Below are positions 10,184 through 19,367 of a stretch of 64,000 bases of DNA, in pieces. Position 1 is the stretch's first letter, and every line of letters begins with the position of its first letter. The notes below the pieces were generated by a model. It searched no databases and was not told the DNA's origin. It saw nothing but the letters and a program-made list of their open reading frames with translations. The DNA comes from Acidobacteriota bacterium (GTDB lineage: Bacteria > Acidobacteriota > Terriglobia > Versatilivoradales > Versatilivoraceae), in assembly GCA_040753175.1 (NCBI GenBank), contig JBFMEW010000016.1:27732-91731 (forward strand), in the 5' to 3' direction. The translations under genes and the position numbers were made by a program.

Positions 10184-11167
10184 TTAGAGGTAACAGACCT
10201 GGTAGACGGCGTTGACGATCTTCTCTGTGCTGGGGAGGACGGCGGCTTCCAGTCGTTCGTTATAGGGCATGGGCACTTCCTCCTGGGCCACCCTCACGAT
10301 CGGCGCATCCAGCTCGTCAAAGATGTCTCGCTGGATCTGGAATGCCAGTTCCGCTCCGATCCCGCAGAACGGTTTGTTTTGTTCGGCGATGACGCAGCGG
10401 TGGGTCTTCGAAACAGACTGCATGATCAGTTCCCGGTCCAGCGGCTTGATGGACCTCAGATCCAACACTTCGGCGTGGACACCCTGTTCGGCCAACGTCT
10501 CAGCGGCCGCCAGCGCCATGCGGACGGTCTGAGCGTAACAGATGATGGTGACATCGCGGCCCTCGCGCTTGATCTCTCCCTGGCCCAAAGGGATCAGCAA
10601 GTCGACTTCACGCTCCTCCACGGGGCCGGTGGCGTTGTAAAGCAATTCCGACTCGAGCACCAGCACCGGGTTGTCGTCGCGAACGGCGGTCTTGAGCAGG
10701 CCTTTGGCATCGCGGGGAGTGGAGGGAACGGCCACCTTGAGACCCGGAACGTTGGCATAAAACGGTTCGGTCGCGTGGGAATGAGTTGCGCCCAGCTGGT
10801 GGGCCGGACCGTTGGGACCCCGGAACACGATCGGCACGTTCAGTTGGCCTCCCGACATGGTCAGCATGTTGGGGGCGTTGTTTACCACCTGGTCAAAAGC
10901 CACCAGGGAAAAGCTGAAGGTCATGAACTCCACGATCGGCCTCAGCCCCACCATGGCCGCGCCGACTCCGAGCCCGGCGAAGCCCGCTTCACTGATGGGT
11001 GTGTCCAAGACGCGCTTGGGTCCGAACTTCTCCAATAACCCCTGGCTGACCTTGTAGGCGCCGTTGTACTCGGCCACTTCCTCCCCGATCAAAAAAACAT
11101 TCGGGTCGCGGACCATCTCCTCTTCCATGGCCTCGTTCAACGCCTGCCTGTAGGTAATTTCTCTCAC
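10184..11167 (-). CDS. pdhB: Pyruvate dehydrogenase E1 component, beta subunit
   Basis: Transketolase-like pyrimidine-binding and C-terminal domains ([18 protein letters not shown]). GTG at 11167 is preceded by AGGAG and lies just after the pdhA stop. The ORF-track start at 11236 would overlap pdhA. Confidence 0.9.
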   Translation of the reverse strand: MREITYRQALNEAMEEEMVRDPNVFLIGEEVAEYNGAYKVSQGLLEKFGPKRVLDTPISEAGFAGLGVGAAMVGLRPIVEFMTFSFSLVAFDQVVNNAPNMLTMSGGQLNVPIVFRGPNGPAHQLGATHSHATEPFYANVPGLKVAVPSTPRDAKGLLKTAVRDDNPVLVLESELLYNATGPVEEREVDLLIPLGQGEIKREGRDVTIICYAQTVRMALAAAETLAEQGVHAEVLDLRSIKPLDRELIMQSVSKTHRCVIAEQNKPFCGIGAELAFQIQRDIFDELDAPIVRVAQEEVPMPYNERLEAAVLPSTEKIVNAVYQVCYL

Positions 11168-11177
11168 CGGATGGCTC

Positions 11178-12173
11178 CTAAACAAATGTGAACTTGTGCA
11201 GATCTTCGAGCGGCGGGTCGGGGCTTTGCTCAGCAAACCGGAGGGATTCGGCGGAAAGTCGTTTCGCCTCCTTGTCGAGCTCCTGGAATTTGCCTTCGTC
11301 GAGTTTGCCTTCGGAAACCAGGACCGACTTGAACCCCGCTATTGGGTCGTCTTCTTTCTGCTTATCCAACTCGTCCTTGCTGCGGTAGGTAGCGGGGTCA
11401 GACATGGAGTGGCCGCGATAGCGATAGGTGCGAGCTTCGATAAAGAAGGGATTCGGCTTCTTTCTCATGGCGTCGAGCGCCGTTTGAACCACCTGCCGGA
11501 CGTGGCGGACATCCATCCCGTTGGCAATCATTGAAGGCATGTCGTAGGCCTTGGCGCGATTTGTGATTTCGCGAACAGAGGTGGAACGCGCCACATGGGT
11601 GCCCATTCCGAACATGTTGTTCTCGACGACAAAAATGAGGGGTAACTTCCACAGGGCGGCCAGGTTCATGGCTTCATGAACCGCTCCCTGATTCAGAGCG
11701 CCGTCACCGAAATAGCACAGAGTGCAGCGGTCCTCTCCGCGATACTTGCTGGCGAAAGCCAGCCCGGTGGCCAAGGGCAAGTGTCCGCCCACGATAGCGT
11801 GACCGCCATACATGTGATTTTGCCGGTCAAAGTAGTGCATCGAACCACCCAAGCCCTTCGAGCAGCCGGTGACCTTGCCAAAAAGCTCAGCCATGCAGGC
11901 GTTTAGACTCGTGCCGCGGGCGATGGCGTGGGCGTGGTCCCGATAGGCCGTGATGACGTAATCGTCATCCCGCGCCGCTGCAAAGGACCCCACCACAACC
12001 GCCTCCTGGCCGATGTACAGGTGGCAGAAGCCCCCTATCTTCTGTTGGGTATAGGCCTGAGAAGCGCGTTCCTCGAAGCGGCGGATCAAGAGCATCTTAT
12101 AGAGAAGCTCGACCTCACCTTCCACCTGTAGGGTCTTGGAGGTGTCCTTATCGATGGGAACTGTTGCTGGCAT
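11178..12173 (-). CDS. pdhA: Pyruvate dehydrogenase E1 component, alpha subunit
   Basis: ThDP-binding region SKGLGGSMHYF .. YFGDGALNQG .. VVENNMFGMGT, typical of heterotetrameric E1 alpha. It is the first gene of the operon. Confidence 0.9.
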   Translation of the reverse strand: MPATVPIDKDTSKTLQVEGEVELLYKMLLIRRFEERASQAYTQQKIGGFCHLYIGQEAVVVGSFAAARDDDYVITAYRDHAHAIARGTSLNACMAELFGKVTGCSKGLGGSMHYFDRQNHMYGGHAIVGGHLPLATGLAFASKYRGEDRCTLCYFGDGALNQGAVHEAMNLAALWKLPLIFVVENNMFGMGTHVARSTSVREITNRAKAYDMPSMIANGMDVRHVRQVVQTALDAMRKKPNPFFIEARTYRYRGHSMSDPATYRSKDELDKQKEDDPIAGFKSVLVSEGKLDEGKFQELDKEAKRLSAESLRFAEQSPDPPLEDLHKFTFV

Positions 12174-12582
12174 TTTTGCTCATTCCTGGTTTTAGTCTGT
12201 GACTATGGCCGAATCGTGGACCCGTTGTTCGTCAATCTATTGGCTGCCGAGCCCATGCGGTCCCGACGGGCTCGCCCGACCTGCCGACAGCTTACCCCGT
12301 TCATCGCCAACTTCCAGCAGGGACCCAAAATGAACGCAGGATCGTCGGGCTCGAACGCCCCAACCGTCGGGGGGAGAAAAACGGCCGGTCTTGAGTGTCC
12401 GTCTTCAGGGCTGAAGGAAGTTTCTACTCCGTCGTGGGCCCCGTCAGTCCAGTTTTCAGAAAATACACGGAGCACCCTTTTTTTTCAACCCAATTCTCCG
12501 AAGCGATCCGCCTGCAGACCGTTTCTTGTCAACAGGGTATCGTCCTGAACACCCGATCTCATCAGCTCCAAAAACTCGTCCC

Positions 12583-13680
12583 TCACTGCAGCAAGGTGCG
12601 GGCTGACAGAGTCTTGGGCGTGCTGAAGAACTCTTCAATCACGGTTCGGGCGGAAGACAGGTCGCAGCAGCGATTCACGCGCGTGGAGAGATAGTGGCCG
12701 AACAGCAGCCACTTGTGTCCCCATGCCAGGAAAAGACGAAGTCGTGGCATCTGCTCCGCCGGGTGGAAGTGCTGTTCCAGGAGATCACAAAAGCGGGTCA
12801 GGGCCCGGTGGTACTCTCGACCTTCTTCCTGCGATGTCCTGGGGGCCTGTTGCCCCTGCCGACCTTCCGGGGCCGGCCAACCGAGGGCCTCTCCAATCTG
12901 CCAGAAAATCCAGGGCCGGGCGGTCACGCTGCGCCCCACCATCACTCCATCGCAGCCGGTATCTGCCCACATCTTCAATATGTCGCCGGCTTCCTGGACG
13001 TCGCCGTTTCCAACCACCGGAAGGCTTACCCTCTCCCGAACCCGCCGGATGTACTCCCAGTTGGCTTTGCCCCGGCGATGCTGCGATTGAATCCTGGGAT
13101 GAAGCGTGACCCAATCTGCCCCGGCACTCTCCAGCATGGCGACGAAGTCGAGCAGATACTCCGGATCGTCTTTGAGCCCGGTCCGCAGCTTGACCGACAG
13201 GGGTAAACCCGTCAGCCGTCGAGTCGTCGTCACCACCTGTTCAGCGTAACGGATGTCTCCCATCAGTCCAACTCCCCAATTGTGTTTCAACACCTTGCTC
13301 ACCGGGCAGCCCATGTTGATATCCACCCCGGCCGGTCTCAGAGCGGCCAGCTTCTCCAGGGATTTCAAGATGGGATCTTCCTCGTTACCCAGCAGTTGCG
13401 GGACTAAATCGTCCTCACCGGGTGCCACCCGCGTCAGCGGTGTTTTCAGCACTTCTTCGTGCGGCAGCAGGCGGGTCGACAGCATCTCGGTGAATAACAC
13501 GGTGCTGCAGCCCTGGGGCAGGTAGTCGCGTACCAGCTGGCGCAAAGCCACGTGCGAGAGGCCGGCCATGGGGGCCAGCAGGATTGGAAAATCGATGCGG
13601 CGTCCGTTGGCCAACGCCACGGACTGCAGGCGACTTGTATGGGTAGGGAGAGGTTCGGTGCTGGGGAGCGGATGGATCAA
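12583..13680 (-). CDS. tRNA-dihydrouridine synthase (Dus/NifR3 family)
   Basis: The LLAPMAGLSHVALR motif and a TIM-barrel FMN-enzyme pattern. The ORF-track start is TTG, overlapping the TPR gene stop as TTGA. An internal GTG at 13620 (VALANGRRIDFPILLAPMAG) is an alternative start. Confidence 0.8.
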   Translation of the reverse strand: MIHPLPSTEPLPTHTSRLQSVALANGRRIDFPILLAPMAGLSHVALRQLVRDYLPQGCSTVLFTEMLSTRLLPHEEVLKTPLTRVAPGEDDLVPQLLGNEEDPILKSLEKLAALRPAGVDINMGCPVSKVLKHNWGVGLMGDIRYAEQVVTTTRRLTGLPLSVKLRTGLKDDPEYLLDFVAMLESAGADWVTLHPRIQSQHRRGKANWEYIRRVRERVSLPVVGNGDVQEAGDILKMWADTGCDGVMVGRSVTARPWIFWQIGEALGWPAPEGRQGQQAPRTSQEEGREYHRALTRFCDLLEQHFHPAEQMPRLRLFLAWGHKWLLFGHYLSTRVNRCCDLSSARTVIEEFFSTPKTLSARTLLQ

Positions 13681-14186
13681 TGGATTATCAGGTCCATGCT
13701 AGCGATAGCCTTTAAGGCGATGGGGTTCTCCGGATCAATGTCCAGTGCTTGAACGTACTGTTCCAAGGCTTTCATCTGTTCGCCCTTGGCCATGAAAATG
13801 TGCCCAAGATTGAGGTAAGGGAAATGCCGGGGTTCGTAACGTTTGGCCTTCTTGGCCCTTTCGAGCCACGGCACCGCCTCGTCCAGCTGACCCAGCTGCA
13901 TCAGGTAAACGCCGATGTCGTTGTAAGGGTTGCCGAACTCCGGGTCCAGCTGGATAGCCCGCTCGCAGTCTCGGATGGCCATCTCCAGCATCCCTAGGAA
14001 CGAAACGGCCCAGCCACGATAAGTGTATCCCTCGGCAGTGGGAAAGGCCGCCAAACTCAGGTTGAAACTGTCGATGGCTGACTGGACTTGCCCGTCGCTC
14101 AAAAACTCCACCCCTGTCTCCCAGAGCTGACGTGCCCTGGTTCTCCCCTCAGATTCCGGATTTTTCAGATCGTCGATTGTGGCCAT
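13677..14186 (-). CDS. TPR repeat protein
   Basis: 169-aa ORF with 3-4 TPR-like units (AIRDCERAIQLDPEFGNPYNDIGVYLMQLGQLDEA ..). It sits upstream of dus and overlaps it. Confidence 0.75.
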   Translation of the reverse strand: MATIDDLKNPESEGRTRARQLWETGVEFLSDGQVQSAIDSFNLSLAAFPTAEGYTYRGWAVSFLGMLEMAIRDCERAIQLDPEFGNPYNDIGVYLMQLGQLDEAVPWLERAKKAKRYEPRHFPYLNLGHIFMAKGEQMKALEQYVQALDIDPENPIALKAIASMDLIIH

Positions 14187-14379
14187 CTTTCATCCAATCC
14201 TGATCGGCCTCAGCCCTCTTTCCACACAGAAATCATCTTAGCATAAGGTCGGCCTTCGACCATGCCATGGGACTTCAGAGGGCTGCCTCACAAGCTCGAA
14301 AGCCGTTGACACCCTCTGCACCGGCTGGTCATAATCCGAGTCGGTTGCTGAACTGGGAAGCCGCCGAGGTGCAAGTCGA

Positions 14380-15471
14380 ATGAGCGCAACGCTGGACACG
14401 GGTTTACAGGCAAAGGTCAAGTCGGCACGGGAAGCTTTGGACGCCTGGGTCCGTGAAATCGTACAGTGGCACTTTGATCCCAATACCGGTTGTCCTTTCT
14501 GGCTTGAACATGCCAGCCGGCTGGATTGGGATCCCCGAAAGGAGGTCCGCGGCTACGCCGATCTCTCAAAATTCGGCGAGTTCCAGGACGAGTGGCTGCG
14601 GGGAGGGCCCGTTCGCCGTTGGGTCCCTAAAGCCTATGCCGACAAGCCGGTATACGTTTTCGAGACCGGTGGCAGCACCGGGGTTCCGAAGTCACGGATC
14701 AGCGTGGATGACTTTCGCATCGACTACGAAACCTTCAGCGCTACGCTCCCAGACGAGGCCTTCCCACCCCGCTCCGACTGGCTGTCCATCGGTCCCACTG
14801 GCCCGCGCCGTCTCCGGCTGGCTGTGGAGCACCTGGCTCAATATCGAGGCGGCATTTGCTTTATGGTCGATCTGGATCCGCGCTGGGTGATCAAGCTCAT
14901 CAAGATGGGGCAGACGAAGATTGTCGAGCTCTACAAGCAGCACATCATCGATCAGGCCTTGACGCTGCTGCGGGCCCACGACAGCATCCGCTGCCTGTTC
15001 ACCACTCCCAAGTTGCTTGAAGCGCTGTGCGAAAAGGTTTCGCTGAAGAAGCTGGGCATTAAAGGAGTTTTTTGCGGCGGTACTGAAATGACGTCGCAGT
15101 TTCACCGCTTTGCGGTGGAGGAGTTGTTGGACGGGGTGTATTTCGCTCCGACCTACGGCAACACCCTCATGGGATTGGCCGTGCACAAGCCGCCGGAGCC
15201 CGAGGATAACTATGCCATCATCTACTACCCGCCCCTGCCCAGAGCCATGATCGAGGTGGTCGATCCCAACAACCCCGAGCGAGTGGTAGGGTACGGCGAA
15301 ACCGGACGAGTTCGACTCACAACCCTGACCCGGGAGTTCTTTGTGCCTCGCTTTCTGGAGAGAGACGAGGCCGAGCGCGAGCCTCCCTGTGCGCTTTATC
15401 CCTGGGATGGGGTTCGCAACGTGCGTCCGTTCACCGGTTTCAGCTCCACCGTGGTTGAAGGGGTCTATTGA
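14380..15471 (+). CDS. Adenylate-forming enzyme (ANL superfamily; PaaK/F390-synthetase/LuxE-like)
   Basis: P-loop-like VFETGGSTGVPKS at the position of the ANL [ST][ST]G[ST][ST]G.PK motif. The 363-aa size is close to acyl-protein synthetases. GAGGTG lies 8 nt before the ATG. Confidence 0.6.
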   Translation: MSATLDTGLQAKVKSAREALDAWVREIVQWHFDPNTGCPFWLEHASRLDWDPRKEVRGYADLSKFGEFQDEWLRGGPVRRWVPKAYADKPVYVFETGGSTGVPKSRISVDDFRIDYETFSATLPDEAFPPRSDWLSIGPTGPRRLRLAVEHLAQYRGGICFMVDLDPRWVIKLIKMGQTKIVELYKQHIIDQALTLLRAHDSIRCLFTTPKLLEALCEKVSLKKLGIKGVFCGGTEMTSQFHRFAVEELLDGVYFAPTYGNTLMGLAVHKPPEPEDNYAIIYYPPLPRAMIEVVDPNNPERVVGYGETGRVRLTTLTREFFVPRFLERDEAEREPPCALYPWDGVRNVRPFTGFSSTVVEGVY

Positions 15472-15518
15472 AGAGCGGAGATTTCGGGCCCCTCTGTCGT
15501 CAATGAGGTGAACCATTC

Positions 15519-16940
15519 ATGCTTCACATTCCCATCTTGCGCAAAGGAAGCCCGTATCGAAGCCTTGATGTTCAGCGTGTCTCTCACTATCGGACGCGCG
15601 AGCCATTTGTCGAGATCAGCCAGGCCAACACGGGCCTCATCCGGCGGGATCTCCTGGATCAGAAGACACCCCGCCAAAAGCTGTCCCAGTTCAGTAGTGC
15701 CGACCTGGTCGAAATTTGCCGAAAGGCTGCCGGTCACTTTCTCCAGGACGCTCTGCCGCTTGGCGAAAGCGTTCAGTCGCCGGACGACTACGTCCGCCAA
15801 CTGTCTGCCACCACCGGCTTACCTCATGCCTTGGTCCGGCGAAACATGGAAAAGATCCGCAGCGTGCTGGCCCAGATGGGACAGATTCTGAGCGGCTTGA
15901 CCCGCCGGCTCGATTTGCAGATTCTCGATCGAGGAGTCGGCGAATCGGGCGGGCAGGTGTTGAGTTTCTTCCCGCGCACGGACTCGCTGGGTGTGGTCCT
16001 TCCCAGCAACTCGCCGGGCGTGCACTCCTTGTGGATTCCGGCTATCCCTTTAAAGATCCCGCTCGTGCTGAAGCCGGGAAGCGCCGAACCGTGGACCCCC
16101 TTTCGGATTGCCCAGGCCTTAATCCGCGTCGGATGCCCGCCTGAGGCTTTCAGCTATTACCCGGCCGATCACAGTGGCGGGGGAGAAATCCTCAGGACTT
16201 GCGGCCGTGGAATGGTCTTCGGCGACGTGGCATCCACCGCTATCTGGCAAGGGGATTCCCGCGTTGAAATCCATGGACCCGGCTTCAGCAAGCTGGTTCT
16301 GGGAGCCGATTGTGCCGGGAAGTGGGAGCAGTATCTGGATGTGATGGTGGCCTCCATTGTGGAGAATGGCGGACGCTCGTGCGTCAACGCTTCCGGCGTC
16401 TGGGTCCCCTCTCACGGAAAAGAAATCGCGGAGGCTTTAGCCCACCGGTTGACTCAGATTCTGCCGCGCAGCGAGGACGACGAGCTGGCCCGGCTGGCTC
16501 CTTTTGCTGATTCCCGAGTGGCGGAGCGGATTTCCCGGATCATTGACGCGGGGTTGACGGAAGCAGGTGCCTGCGACGTCACCGCGGCTGTCCGGGGCGG
16601 GCCCAGGCTGATGGAATGGGACGGGTGTAGCTATCTCCTCCCAACGATCGTCCGTTGCGATTCTCCCGAGCACCCTCTGGCTAACCGCGAATTTCTCTTT
16701 CCGTTTGCCAGCGTGGTGGAAGTTCCCGAATCGGCCATGCCCGAGTGTTTAGGTCCGAGTCTGGTGGTGACCGCAATGACCGAAAATCCGGAATTCATCG
16801 ACAGGCTTATGGCCTCGCCCCTTGTGGACCGCCTTAACCTCGGCCCGATTCCCACGAACCAGGTGGTCTGGGATCAGCCGCATGAGGGCAATCTCTTCGA
16901 ACACCTGTATTCTCGTCGGGCCTTTCAACGGGCGGTCTGA
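15519..16940 (+). CDS. Aldehyde dehydrogenase superfamily protein, LuxC-like acyl reductase candidate
   Basis: LPSNSPGVHSLWIPAI..VLKPGSAEPWT and ENGGRSCVNASG (Cys288) fit the ALDH/LuxC nucleotide-binding and catalytic-Cys regions. The protein is 473 aa. GAGGTG precedes the ATG. Confidence 0.6.
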   Translation: MLHIPILRKGSPYRSLDVQRVSHYRTREPFVEISQANTGLIRRDLLDQKTPRQKLSQFSSADLVEICRKAAGHFLQDALPLGESVQSPDDYVRQLSATTGLPHALVRRNMEKIRSVLAQMGQILSGLTRRLDLQILDRGVGESGGQVLSFFPRTDSLGVVLPSNSPGVHSLWIPAIPLKIPLVLKPGSAEPWTPFRIAQALIRVGCPPEAFSYYPADHSGGGEILRTCGRGMVFGDVASTAIWQGDSRVEIHGPGFSKLVLGADCAGKWEQYLDVMVASIVENGGRSCVNASGVWVPSHGKEIAEALAHRLTQILPRSEDDELARLAPFADSRVAERISRIIDAGLTEAGACDVTAAVRGGPRLMEWDGCSYLLPTIVRCDSPEHPLANREFLFPFASVVEVPESAMPECLGPSLVVTAMTENPEFIDRLMASPLVDRLNLGPIPTNQVVWDQPHEGNLFEHLYSRRAFQRAV

Positions 16941-16991
16941 GTTCTGCTCAGCCAATTTCAAAGCGGCAGTCGTCCATCGCCACGATCCCCT

Positions 16992-18311
16992 ATGCGTATC
17001 CTGCAGATCACTGCCGGCGCGGCCAGCATGTATTGTGGCAGTTGCATTCGGGACAACGCCCTGGCCGCTGCGCTGATGGCCAAAGGACACGATGTCCTGC
17101 TGGTGCCGCTCTATACCCCGACGCTGACAGACGAAAACAATGTCAGCGGCCCGCGCGTCTTCTTTGGCGGCATCAGCATCTTCCTCCAGCAGAAGCTCTC
17201 CCTTTTCCGATACACCCCCCCCATGCTGGATCGCTTGTGGGATTCCCGCTGGGCCTTGCACCTGGCCTCGAATCATTCAATCCCTACCAATCCCCGCTTT
17301 CTCGGGGAGCTGACCGTATCGATGTTGAAGGGCCAGTCCGGTTACCAGCGCAAGGAACTGGATAAGCTGCTCGACTGGTTGCAGAATCAGCCCCGAATGG
17401 AGGTCGTCACGCTCCCATACACGCTTCTGATTGGTCTGGCTAAACCCATTCGCGAAGCGTTGGGCTGTCCCGTGTGCTGCACCCTGCAGGGAGAGGACCT
17501 GTTTCTGGAGGGATTGCCGGAGCCTTATCGCTCCCAGGCGCTGGACTTGATTCGATCGCAGCTTCGATATGTCGATCGGTTCTTTCCAGTCAGCCACTAT
17601 TACGCGGAGTTCATGAAGCGCTACTTGGGCATTTCCTCGGAAAAGATGGAAGTCGTTCCACTGGGAATCAATTTGGAAGGTTATCCCCCGACGCCCAGAG
17701 AAAAGCCGGGCGTTTTTACCATTGGCTATTTTGCCAGGGTGGGCCCGGAAAAAGGCCTGCACCAGCTGTGCGAGGCCTATCGACTTTTCAGAGGGATGGC
17801 GGGGATTGAGGCTGCCCGACTGGAGGTGGCCGGGTATCTGGCCCCGGAGCATAAAGGCTACTTGCAGCGCCTCACCAGCCAGATGAGCGACTGGGGCTTG
17901 TCTGACGAGTTTCACTACCGGGGCGTGCTGGACCGGGAAGCCAAGATCCGCTTCCTGCAGGGCCTGAGCGTATTGTCGGTTCCCAGCCCCTATGTCGAGC
18001 CCAAAGGCAATTACCTGCTGGAGTCGATGGCTTGCGGTGTCCCCGTGGTTCAGCCGCAACATGGTGCCTTTCCTGAAATCATCGAGAAGACTGAGGGAGG
18101 CTGGCTCTACGAACCCGGCGACACCCGAGCGCTCGCCGAGAAACTTTTCAGACTGGCGACAGATGCTGCTGCGCTCGATCGACTCACTCTTGCCGGTTTC
18201 AGGACGGTTCGTGATCGGTACGATGTGGTTCACATGGCGGATCGTGCCGGCGCCGTGCTTCAGGCAGTGATAAGAGACGCTGAGCCGGGAGGGACAAGCG
18301 CTTCGAGGTAG
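16992..18311 (+). CDS. Glycosyltransferase, GT4 (GT-B fold) family
   Basis: C-terminal GT1/GT4 signature (SVPSPYVEPKGNYLLESMACGVPVVQPQHGAFPEII). The N-terminus reads MRILQITAG..CGSC. Confidence 0.8.
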   Translation: MRILQITAGAASMYCGSCIRDNALAAALMAKGHDVLLVPLYTPTLTDENNVSGPRVFFGGISIFLQQKLSLFRYTPPMLDRLWDSRWALHLASNHSIPTNPRFLGELTVSMLKGQSGYQRKELDKLLDWLQNQPRMEVVTLPYTLLIGLAKPIREALGCPVCCTLQGEDLFLEGLPEPYRSQALDLIRSQLRYVDRFFPVSHYYAEFMKRYLGISSEKMEVVPLGINLEGYPPTPREKPGVFTIGYFARVGPEKGLHQLCEAYRLFRGMAGIEAARLEVAGYLAPEHKGYLQRLTSQMSDWGLSDEFHYRGVLDREAKIRFLQGLSVLSVPSPYVEPKGNYLLESMACGVPVVQPQHGAFPEIIEKTEGGWLYEPGDTRALAEKLFRLATDAAALDRLTLAGFRTVRDRYDVVHMADRAGAVLQAVIRDAEPGGTSASR

Positions 18312-18408
18312 GGCATGGGGATCGGCTCAGCTGCCTGCCGAGCTTGCATGACGGCCGTTTGCGGTCACACTCCGTCAACCGTTCACCACGGCCGGGGAGG
18401 GAAACACC

Positions 18409-19074
18409 GTGCTTGAAGTTTCCAATCTTTCCAAGAGCTACCCCACACCGCGAGGGCCGCTGTCGGTTCTGGAGAACGTTGGACTGTCCCTGGTTCGTGG
18501 GGACGCAGTCGCCATTATGGGGCCGTCGGGCAGCGGCAAAAGCACGCTGCTTTATGTCCTTGGTGCTCTCGAGCCACCCACTTCGGGCAGCGTCAAGCTG
18601 GACGGGACCAACCCCTTCGAATTGGAGGAGCGCCGGCTCTCGGCCTTTCGCAATCGCCGCATCGGTTTTGTCTTTCAGGATCATTGCCTGTTGCCCCAGT
18701 GCTCGGTGGTGGAGAACGTTCTGGCCCCGACGCTGGTGGGAGAAGCGGACGGCGATTTCAAGCGGCGGGCGGAGCGGCTTCTCGGTCAGGTGGGTCTGGC
18801 AGACCGGCTGGACCATCGACCGGGTGAACTATCCGGCGGAGAAAAGCAAAGGGTGGCTTTGGCGCGCGCTCTGATTCGCAAGCCGCTGCTGGTGCTTTGC
18901 GACGAGCCGACCGGTAACCTCGACCACGAATCGGCACAAGCCGTGGCCTCACTTCTGCTGGAACTGCACCGGGAGCAGCAGACGATTCTGGTGGTGGTGA
19001 CCCACAGCCCCGACCTGGCCGCAAGATTTCCCATACGTTTCGAGATGGCCTCGCGTCACCTGGAGCGTCGCTGA
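18409..19074 (+). CDS. ABC transporter ATP-binding protein (LolD/MacB/FtsE-type)
   Basis: Walker A GPSGSGKST, signature LSGGEKQRVALARAL and Walker B LLVLCDEPTGNLD. GTG start is preceded by GGGAGGG. No permease gene is adjacent. Confidence 0.9.
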   Translation: MLEVSNLSKSYPTPRGPLSVLENVGLSLVRGDAVAIMGPSGSGKSTLLYVLGALEPPTSGSVKLDGTNPFELEERRLSAFRNRRIGFVFQDHCLLPQCSVVENVLAPTLVGEADGDFKRRAERLLGQVGLADRLDHRPGELSGGEKQRVALARALIRKPLLVLCDEPTGNLDHESAQAVASLLLELHREQQTILVVVTHSPDLAARFPIRFEMASRHLERR

Positions 19075-19367
19075 GAGGGCACACGCAGCCTTGTCGTAAC
19101 TCAATACACCGACAAGCAGGGATGCCGGTCCCCCCAATGGCATTTCCGGGCTGAATGTACTTCCAGCCCATGTCTCCTCGTCCTGGCCGGTTCCACGTCG
19201 TGCTGTGACGGTTTGGGTCTTCGCTGCAATTCCTGCCTTGGCCTGTGCGGTCCGTTGCTGCAAGGAACCACGCTACCCCAAGAAAGCCCCGATACGATCA
19301 ACCAGGTGGACATCCGCCGCCGATGTATCATTAGCCAACCGAAGGCGAGGAAGTGCGATGAGAACTG

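Noticed and set aside
10184-11236. Several ORF-track entries have 5'-extended versions: pdhB to 11236, tolC to 31505, MFP to 26815, propeller to 35906, fdhD to 40293, DASS to 43063, arsC to 24901, and isomerase to 62436.
   Set aside because: The extensions overlap upstream genes, start with TTG or lack an SD. Internal ATG/GTG codons have good SD sequences and give normal N-termini or signal peptides.
12406-12420. CAGGGCTGAAGGAAG in the 409-nt dus-pdhA spacer resembles the GGAAGGAAGCAGC core of SRP (4.5S) RNA helix 8.
   Set aside because: The flanking bases cannot form the closing stem around a tetraloop, and the conserved AGCA/GGUCC elements are absent.
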